Assembly: GCF_022045235.1 (NCBI RefSeq)
Contig: NW_027266286.1
Location: 55,242,001 to 55,306,000, forward strand
DNA from: Haliotis cracherodii
Taxonomy: Eukaryota
Reading direction: 5' to 3'
Length of the DNA stretch: 64,000 bases
The notes under the pieces are model-generated. The model did not search any database. It saw nothing but the letters and a program-made list of their open reading frames with translations, and was not told where the DNA came from. Below, in pieces: positions 1-10,000 of this stretch. A program made the position numbers and the translations under genes. Position 1 is the first letter of the stretch; each line of letters opens with the position of its first letter.

Positions 1-1163
1 ATAAACAGGTTCAGTTTGGTTTTTGCCGTATACATGTTCATGATCAAGACCAGGGTCTGTATTCATAAAGAACAATCTTAGAGTGCTTAGCAAGACTTAA
101 GTCAGAGAAATTCTGAAGAATAACAAAAGTTACTCTTACTCTACTTACTATCTAAGAATTTTCATATTCATAAAAACTTAGCACTTTCAAGTGTATAATG
201 TGACTGCGAGATACTTATTCATTTCCACACAGCCTGACAATGATTTCATGTTGAGCCATGGACTCACAAACAGAATATTAGAGTTGCGCCATGTTCATAG
301 CATCATTTATGTATATCAAATGGAAATGACAACATCACTGTATGACTTGAAACCAGATGCCCCCCCAAACAGTCAAATTATGCTTTAGACAATTTAAGTT
401 GTTGCTTCGTTGTAGCAAGAATCATATCTGGGCAAAATGCCACACTTTATTTCACGCTTTATTGAAACATTTATGTCTAAATCTGAATTTGTCCACATCG
501 TTTGACTTTGATTCTAAAACGATCATTTTACCACTGTCTATAATTAAGTGTTACAATGTTTGTTAATATGTGGTTCAGGTAATAAATTCACTTACAAGTG
601 TTGCTTAGCAAATATATTCACTTCTATTTGCAATGTGTTTTTAGCTTTGAACAATCGCAAAATAATCATTCCATATGGCGCAGCAGTTTGTGGCAGTGTG
701 CTGCAAGCACCACTCATCTCTTTGTCATGTTTCCATTTTGATTTGGGTTGATCCTATGTTCATACAGAAACATCACTGAAATATGGTTATTGTTTTCATA
801 AAACAAGGACAATGTTTGTAATGTTCTGTTTTGTTTCTTTTTAAAGAAATTACTTTGAGAGGATTAATCATCAGCGTTTGGAAAGTGTGAAGTGGAAAGT
901 GGTAAAAACTAATTTGGGACCATGTCCCCTCTTAACATGCTAAAGAAACTAGTGCTATTTACTTCTTTAGTATTGTGTAGAAGAATACTCTTGAATGTGA
1001 TCAAAATATATTACATATTAATATTGCTTATGAAATGAGGTTAATTTGAATCAATAAGTAAAGATAATGCGTCTATATTTGAAGTTATGTAAATGAAAAT
1101 AGACTGTTCATAGAACTGAAAATCATTGAAGATGAATACATAAATACAGATTGAACATAATAA

Positions 1164-1310
1164 CAATAAAGCGACAAAACCCTTTTCATATCCAATAGAA
1201 ATCTCTGCATAAAGCAGAGTCGATTGTATAATTCCGACTTTTCATGAGCATGTGTTTATGAATCACTATCAAATAGTGACTATACCAGGGGTTCGCGAAA
1301 ATGTGAGTGT
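1164..1310 (+). repeat. Dispersed repeat fragment with a second copy at ~11380-11530
   Basis: aataaagcgacaaaaccc...atccaatagaaa..ctctgca.aaagcagagtc...ttcgcgaaaa occurs at both sites. Confidence 0.8.
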
Positions 1311-1775
1311 ATCCTGCCCCACCGATGGCACCAGTCACAAAAAACATGCAGAGGCAAGTCAATTGTTTACCTGAAAAAAACACGTCAACATCTGGTATAG
1401 GTCAAAATAGGGAAGTGCATTTTTGTCACTGATGCGTCAAATATGGAAATGTCCACAAGAAATAAAGAAAGACATATTATTCCTATTTTCTCAGATATTC
1501 AGTGAGTTACAAAACTTAGCAGTCACCTTCATCACATAATTAGGAGTCAATTTTGAATAAATGGTAAGAAAACATTGATTTTTCACTACCCCATTCTTAT
1601 CAAATGTGCTCCATAGCTTAACAGTCAAATTAGTTAATATTCTTTTGAACACTCCTTTCCTTTAAAGGTACTTGTTATTGAGTTACATGACACATCATAT
1701 GATATGTAATGTGACCTTCAAAGTCAAAGAGTTCTAATTTTTCTATAATCAGCGCAGGGCTTACTTAGATACGGT

Positions 1776-1817
1776 GGAAATTCCCTCTCAGGGTTACTCT
1801 CAGAGTTTTCACTTTCC
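1776..1817 (-). promoter_or_regulatory. Adjacent NF-kB-like (GGGAATTTCC) and IRF-E/ISRE-like (GGAAAGTGAAAA) sites
   Basis: Consensus matches on the - strand at 1776-1785 and 1806-1817, ~2 kb upstream of the gene A ATG. No functional evidence. Confidence 0.3.
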
Positions 1818-2402
1818 TCCTAGTTGGATGCTACTCTAATTATAACTACAAAGTGTAACTCTCAGCTAAAAGTATTCTTAAGACAATTCGTAGAATGTTT
1901 ATCAATACGTCAAACTTCCATTCATTTGAAATGTTCTCAAAGAGGATAATTTCATCAACACCAAAAATGACTTTGTCACGAAGCACAGTCGCATCCATAA
2001 GAAACCACAATCATACAGATTCCACCAGGTAGTTTGATGTCACCAAGACACCTAGACCATGGCCTTGAGAGGGAGAAGAGACATCTTGCCAACCAGAAAG
2101 CAGTGAAGGATTATTATAAGGCTGTTTCACCTCTAGTTAGACGGGGAATTATGTATATGGAAATGCTAAATGCGAAATTGGAAAACAAGGACAATTTTTT
2201 GTACAGTGTTCAATCTTCTTATCTATTGGACTTCCACTTTAGTGCATATACTGATTCGTACTGTCAAAAACAAACAACGTGTTTTGCTTGAGCAATTCTT
2301 CTCGTAACGCCCGCTGCAATTTTGGTTGTTTCATTTCAACAGTCGCTGGTATCTGTGTCAGATAACTTTGTTTTTTTACATTATGTAAAGAACCTACTAT
2401 CA

Positions 2403-2571
2403 TGAGTGAGTGAATGAGTGAGGTTTTACGCCGCCTTTAGCAATATTCCGGCAATATCACGGCGGGGGACACCAGAAATGGGCCTCACACATTGTACCCA
2501 TGTCGGAATTAGAACCTAAGTTTTCGGCGTGATGAGTGAACACTTTAACCACTAGACTACCCGACCACCCC
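2403..2571 (-). mobile_element. tRNA-derived SINE, family 1
   Basis: A/B-box-like head, shared body (...ccccgccgtgatattgc...) and (ACTC)n tail. Confidence 0.9.
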
Positions 2572-2621
2572 TTACAATCATGTGCCTGAGGGGTGGATCT
2601 CTTCAAACTGTAAGGGGAGGG

Positions 2622-2790
2622 GGGAGGTGTAGCCGAGTGGATAAGGTGTCGACTCTTCACGCCAAAGACCCCGGTTAAATTCTTAACATTGGTACAATGT
2701 ATGTAACCTATTTTCTGGTGTATCCTGCCGTGATATTGCTTGAATATTGCTAAAAGAGAGTAAAACCATACTCACTTTCTCACTCACTCA
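2622..2790 (+). mobile_element. tRNA-derived SINE, family 1 (diverged)
   Basis: gtagccgagtggataagg...gtgatattgcttgaatattgctaaaag...actcactc. Confidence 0.85.
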
Positions 2791-3084
2791 AACTGTAGAA
2801 AATATATTTGAAGTATAATTATGAAAACGTCTTTGAATAGGGAGAAATAAGTATTTCTAAATGCTACTAAAACAGGATAACCCTATAACAATTAATGTCA
2901 AGAACATAGTGACTAATGAAAATACTCTAAGGCATTGTAAATTCAACAAGATCTCGATCAATACATAATACACTAATTTTGCATATATTTAGCTCAATGT
3001 TGAATTTAACAATGAGCCATCATGATTTGTTTTTAGTACTTATTGTGGATGCAGTAGTCCCAAGCATTCTGTGCTTGTCGTACC

Positions 3085-3600
3085 AGGTGACTAAATTGTT
3101 TGCCTGTGACAGACCCGATTGTTTACACACCGCTGTCATTTTGTTGAAATATAGATGACTAAACGATGACTAAAGATGACTAACTGGTTTGCCTGTGACA
3201 GACCCGATTGTTAACACACCGCTGTCATTTTGTTGAAACATAGATGACTAAACGATGACTAAAGATGACTAACTGGTTTGCCTGTGACAGACACGATTGT
3301 TTACACACCGCTGTCATTTTGTTGAAACATAGATGACTAAATGATGACTAAATATGACTAACTGGTTTGCCTGTGACAGACACGATTGTTTACACACCGC
3401 TGTCATTTTGTTGAAACATAGATGACTAAATGATGACTAAAGATGACTAACTGGTTTGCCTGTGACAGACACGATTGTTTACACACCGCTGTCATTTTGT
3501 TGAAATATAGATGACTAAATGATGACTTAAGATGACTAACTGGTTTGCCTGTGACAGATCCGATTATTTACACACCGCTGTCATTTTGTTGAAATATAGA
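3085..3600. repeat. Minisatellite, 89-bp unit, ~6 copies
   Basis: tgcctgtgac recurs at 3101, 3190, 3279, 3368, 3457 and 3546. Confidence 0.95.
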
Positions 3601-3754
3601 GTTAGACGTGGAAGAAGAAACAGGCAAAACTGCTTTTCTCCAAAGAGCCGAGATATTGTCTTTGCGAAAAATGGAGAAGGAATAACTTAAAAGACCTAAC
3701 AGAAAACAACAACTTATTCTTGTAACAAATTAAAGTTAGATTGTATATCATCAG

Positions 3755-4094
3755 GAAGTCCTTTCCATGGATCCTGAATGGTATGAAGACTCTGATGTCG
3801 TCCTATCAGAGGATGAAGAAGACGAAGATGATGATGAAACGGACGACAGTTATCTATTAGCAGAAAGTCAGCCTGAAAGTGGAGAAGTGTTGAGTGGCAA
3901 AAGAGTCCCTGTGAAGGATGATGAAACCTCCGTCTGTGAGACACGCAGTGACTCTGACAGTGGAGAAGCTGCAGTGTCTTCAGACATTGTTCATACTCCC
4001 CCCCGGAATCTGCCAACAGATCAACTATGTGAAGGTCGCAGGTTGTTGACAGATGGTGGTAATGCTCTTGATGGAAGAGTCTTGCACCCTGGAA
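3755..4094 (+). CDS. Gene A first coding exon, acidic and probably disordered (MDPEWYEDSDVVLSEDEEDEDDDE...)
   Basis: catcag| acceptor at 3754, ATG at 3767, strong donor a|gtaagt at 4095, phase 1, coding-like composition. Confidence 0.65.
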
Positions 4095-7000
4095 GTAAGT
4101 ACTCACAATGTCGCCAGGACCATAAAACTTAATAAAATCACAATGTATTTGTGGCACCGTATGTATAACAAAAATCTTTAAACAGGTTATCTCAAAATTA
4201 GAGATAAGGGGCTTTTATTGGAATTTGGTGAAAGAGTCGAAAGATGATCAATTTTATGGTTTCTGCTGACAGCTTGAAATAATACAAAAGTAAAGTCTGT
4301 GCGTATTTTACAGAATTTAATTGCTCGTAATTAAGGGTGCATATAACACATGAGTGCGTATTATACACGAATAAATGTACACGAATTGTGTACATTAATC
4401 AGTTGGAAGGGTGCTAATTTGGATTGTTCACAAGCAAATATATTGGCAAATATGGCCGTGGGCGTTTATTAGAGCGGGGTGCTTATTACGTCGAATACGG
4501 TATTCGGAAATGTGATTCATAATACAGAAAATCACTTCAGTTCTTGACAAGATGGTCATGTGGCAGTTGTATCTTAATTGTAAATAATATACCAATCAAG
4601 TAATCACTGTTTTTTTTACTTCCTCAAGAAGAGGATTGTGGTGTGCAGATTCCAGAGGACACTGTCTTTTACACCAGGGGAAGGAATTCTCACAATGTTT
4701 TCAATCTCAGTGGAAATACTGGCTGCGTGCATGTTACATTCAAGGAAAACAAAGAACAGCAAAAAAAATTTGAAATTATAATCCACGTTGGTATTTCTTA
4801 AGATCAGGTACATCCAAATTGTTATTAAGGTTCGAATAGGCTATTGCACATCATTTTGTTTTCAAAATGGAATAAACTTTGGCACATGTGTAGTTAGTAG
4901 TGGGGTATGATCTATGTGTTCTGTTTTTGCGATATTTTACGTTTTGAAATATACACAAAGAAAAAGGTTAAGCACATCCCTATTTCTGAACCATGACAAA
5001 TGGCAAAAATCATGGCATAGGATGACTGACCACAGGAGCTGGGCAATACCAGTGTTATCGGATAGAACAATCATTTGACAACAAATAAAGAAGATATTGG
5101 TGAGTTGTGATTGAAATTTACTGTCAAAAACATCATGGTAACACAGGTACTGTTTTTATACCTCAGACAGTATGTCAAAAAAGTATGGAGCTTCAAGTAA
5201 ACGAGTTACGTTTGATGTTTCATGTGAAAATGTTCCTTAAAGTTTCTACTTGACATGACACGTGAAACAGATCAGTAACGGGTATAACCGCCACGTGCCC
5301 GGATGACGCATTCCACCCTGCGTCTCATTCCTTCAGTCAGATGTAGGATCTGTTGATGGGTCAACAACAAAAACATTGTAGATATCGCTTCAATGAAATT
5401 GCATTACAATACTTTGCAGACCACTGTGACGTCATTGGTTACCATGACGACACAATCAAGTGACATCACAAATGGCTCTGCTACTGAAGCTTATTACTGT
5501 CTACAAACTAAAAAAGTTGGAAGAATTATGTTTGATGATAAATAATATCTCACCCTCTTGTCTTTTGATAACAAATATATCAACACTCATTGGTAAAAGT
5601 GGGACAACTACTCGGCAAGCTTCAGAGTTTTTCCACACGAGTTGATATGTTTGATATCAAAAGACGAGGTGAGATTCTCTATTCGTTGACATGTATACTG
5701 TTGACATATCCAGGTGAACTTCCGTGCCGTAGCATTATTGTTAACATATCTATTTGATTTTATATATTTCTAAATCCTGTATTTGCCTTGTGAATTGTGT
5801 GTGTTTCTTCCTTTCGTTTGTGAGTGAGGGAACTCATCACAATCTGTGTACGAATCTGAGTATGTTAATGTTTGATACATGATTTCTTACTTATTATTCA
5901 GGAGGGGACACATCTGTATTGGACTCAGGTGAGTTGTGTTCATATGATACTATTATTATCCCCCGCCACGAAGTGGAAGGGGCATATAGGAATGGGTGCC
6001 GTCCGTCCGTCCTTCCGTCGGCCGTCCTTCCGTCCGTCCGTCAGTCCGTCCGTCACATTTCGTTTCCTGAGCAGATTTTGAAAACCGTACTATATTTCTT
6101 CATCAAACTTGGCACATAGATAGGTCTAGTGGTGAACTGGTGCCTTTTGATAGTTTGGGATTTTAAAAAAATGATTTTTTGAGCTTCCATGGCAACGACT
6201 TTGATTTAGACTGAAAATGGCGGTATTCCTCGTTTCCGGAGCAGATCATAAAAAACGTACTATATTTCTTCATCAAACTTGGCACATAGATAGGTCTAGT
6301 GGTGAACTGGTGCCTTTTGAAAGTTTGGGATTTTAAAAAAAGTTATATTTTTAGTTTCCATGGCAACGACTTTGATTTAGACTGAAAATGGCGGTAGTCC
6401 TCGTTTCCGGAGCAGATCTTGAAAACCATACCATATTTCTTCACCAAACTTGGCACATAGATAGGTCTAGTGGTGAACTGGTGCCTTTTGATAGTTTGGG
6501 ATTTAAAAAAAAGTTATTTTTCAAGTTTCCATGGCAACGACTTTGATTTAGACTGAAAATGGCGGTATTCCTCGTTTCCGGAGCAGATCTTGAAAACCGT
6601 ACTATATTTCTTCACCAAACTTGGCACATAGATAGATCTAGTGGTGAACTGGTTCCTTTTGATAGTTTGGGATTTAAAAAAATAATATTTTTCAAGTTTC
6701 TATGGCAACGACTTCGATTTAGACTGAAAATGGCGGTAGTCCTCGTTTCCGGAGCAGATCTTGAAAACCGTACCATATTTCTTCACCAAACTTGGCACAT
6801 AGATAGATCTAGTGGTGAACTGGTTCCTTTTGATAGTTTGGGATTTAAAAAAAAGTTATTTTTCAAGTTTCCATGGCAACGACTTTGATTTAGACTGAAA
6901 ATGGCGGTAGTCCTCGTTTCCGGAGCAGATCTTGAAAACCGTACCATTTTTCTTTACCAAACTTGGCACATAATGTCATCTCACAGTATTGAATACATTT

Positions 7001-10000
7001 CCTTTCTTGTCGGTAAGTTCTGCATTGCTTGAGTCAATGTTCCTCCAAAAGTGTCATGGACACAGTTGTTGCAATCTCTGACTAACTTCTTTCAGAAACA
7101 CAACTCATTACAAATACAACAGTGTAACTGATCTTAAACCTACTCAACTGTATAAACAATATATATTCTTGTCAACCATAGTCTGTACTTCACTTGCTTG
7201 ATAATGGTGTTAGAACCTACACCGAAACCATCGCTCCTAATTGTAATGAAGAAGATGTTCGTCCATATGTCTCATCCTTCCTCATTACAAATTCAGTAAC
7301 ATATTCTATCATATACTGCAGATGGAAAAACAACACCAGCAATCATTTTTATTTAGTGCTGCAATTAGGCCATTTACAAAAAGGCCCAGTGAACATTGTT
7401 CACAGGAGCTAATGCATTGCACACACCCGACATGTCATATTGGCGGGGGATGTGAGTATTTCATGCTTGTTATTACTCACCTGTGGGGATTCCGGGTAAG
7501 GATAAAGGTCCCCGGCAACCTATACCTGTTGTAAAAGGTGACTAATTAAATGGATCGAATTGTGACAATGTTCATTCTATGTCATCGCACCCAAATTGTG
7601 TGGATCAATCCTCATGCTGTGAATCTCTGCACTGTTTGGTCCAGATTTGATTATTTACAATTTAGCTGGGATATACAAATAATTACAGAGGTATATCATT
7701 GTTGAACACTTTGAATAAAATATTCTCTACGATAATAGATAATCTTGTTAAAAGGTGGATATCCACACAAACTTTGTTGTCAGAATGTCAAGCAGGTATC
7801 AGATAAAATTATTCTACTATTGAACAGGCCTTTACTCTTTATTTATTGATTCAAAAGCATCTCAGGAAAAAAGGTTGACATGTTTACTGTATATTTGTAG
7901 ATTCAAAACAAAGCCTTTGACTCTTTGGATTGACTGAAGTTATTGTATTTATTGCTTAAATCTGGTATTCACGGAATCGATTATTATATAATAGGTACAG
8001 AAATGTCTAACCATCTGTACGAGTTAACAGGTATGTAAGGACTGATATGGTTACAACAGAAATAACCGTTAGGTTGCATATTGTCACCTGTTCTGTTCCT
8101 ATTGTATGAAGAATTAGTTAAAGAAATAATCTCAAACGACAGTATGGGAATCTCTATTGACGACACCATTCATAATTTATCAATACTGTTGTTTGCCGAC
8201 AATGTTGCTATCTTCGCTGACTCAGTTGTATTGTTGCAGAAGATAATTTGTAGGTGAATATTGCTTTAAATGGGGTTCATCCATTAATGTAAGTAAGACG
8301 AAAGTAGTAGTATTAAATGGCGCGAAAATGTCAAGAACTGAGAAACACATGAGAAATGGACGATTAATGGAAGCGCCATAGAGGTGATCTCATACCATAA
8401 ATATCTAGGTATTATCTTTTCATGCAGAGACCCCAGACGATCCTGTGTAGAATATGTCTTCAACAACCGATGCTTGCTGTAAAATGTGACTAACGGAATC
8501 GGGTGGTCAGGCTCGCTGACTTGGTTGATGCATGTCATCGTATTCGATGCTCATGCTGTTAATCGAAGGATTGTCTGTTCCAGACTCGATTATTTACAGA
8601 CTGCTGTCATATAGCTGAAATATTGTAGAGTGAGGCGTTAAACAACAAACAAACAAATAAGCAAACTTTTCATGCAGAAATATGTTTACAAAGGTACATG
8701 TATGTGAGACACTAGCTATCCGAGCGGAGAAAGCCTTGCATGTTATCAAGCGATTTATTATCAAATATGTAGACTTGCCACTTGATTCAGCATTTAGATT
8801 ATTTTAAGGGGAAAATTCAGCCAATCCTATGATATGGTATAGGGCTTTAGCGTATGAATATTCATAATTTTTCAGAAAAAGTTCATACTAAATTCTGCAA
8901 GCTTATATTAAATATTAGTCACAAGGCATCGAACAAAGTTATATTGGGAGAATGTCGTCGCTTTCCTCTATGGTTTTATGCCCGTTCTAGAGTTATAGCC
9001 TACTGGAAAAGAGTTACTAGATATCCCTCTAAAAGATATTCTAAATGCTGTCATGACTTAATAAGAAATAAGATGATGTTGGAGATATTAACTGCGTTTC
9101 ATTTCTGCGAACTACCCTTTTCCAGTCTGGTTTTGGACGTGTCTGGATTAAGCAAGGTGTCGGAAATAAAGATCTGTTCTTGTAGCTGTTTAAAAAGAGA
9201 AGCAAGGGCATCTACCAACAATACTACGATATCAAAGTGTCGAAATCCGTAACTTACTATTCAGATTTCAAGCTTCAAATCACGCCAGAAAGATATCTGG
9301 TAGCCATAAAAAAACATTAAACTTGAGCCGAGTATTAACAAAATGTAGATGTAATTGTCATGATTTGCATATCAGAGCCCCCAGATTTCCCCAAACTCCT
9401 GAAACAGAAAATACTACATATTTTTACTGCAACAATGGTACAGAAGATGAATAGCATGTGTTAATGATTTGCCCAGAACCAGTGACATAAGAATAAAATA
9501 TTACCTAACTATTTTGTAATCAGGCCCTTTAATGAAAGGTTTCTGATACTAATACAGTCTGGTGACGATAGTCTCTCAATTAAGCTATCTCTATTACTGC
9601 ATCATATATTTCGCAAGAGAACACTCCGTTTGTTAGCAAATGTACAGCATATATTAAGGCTCATTCGTTGTAACATTTACGCCTTAATTTAGACATATTG
9701 TACCATTAGTCTTCTCGGCACATACATGAATAAACTGTCTGTCTGTCACAGTGTTACTGTGTACGATATATTATTCAATGATGGATTTTGCTTAATGACT
9801 ATAAAACGTGTTTTATGGATTTTATTTACAGGCTCAACATCTGTCGGTGTCATTGGTCCATTTAACAGTATTGTGGACAGGAACATTACCATGGGCATAA
9901 ACTATGGGTCTGTTGTACAATCTGGCGGTAAGTCTGTTTAGTCAAGAAGAATGTAGGCCATCGGCCCATACTCACAGTGGTGGTTCATTATAATATGTTT

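Noticed and set aside
53-1910. Harbinger-like element (gggtctgtattcataaa ... tttatcaatacg)
   Set aside because: The terminal match is short and degenerate and I could not recognise a transposase. Left unannotated.
5545-5682. Long hairpins (also 49283-49425) as structured ncRNA or pre-miRNA
   Set aside because: They look like subterminal inverted repeats of non-autonomous DNA transposons, and there is no independent evidence of an RNA gene.
6559-6888. Short ORFs in tandem repeats, transposon antisense strands and AT-rich DNA (most 60-150 aa entries of the ORF track)
   Set aside because: Explained by repeat periodicity or chance; no domain signal or splice support.
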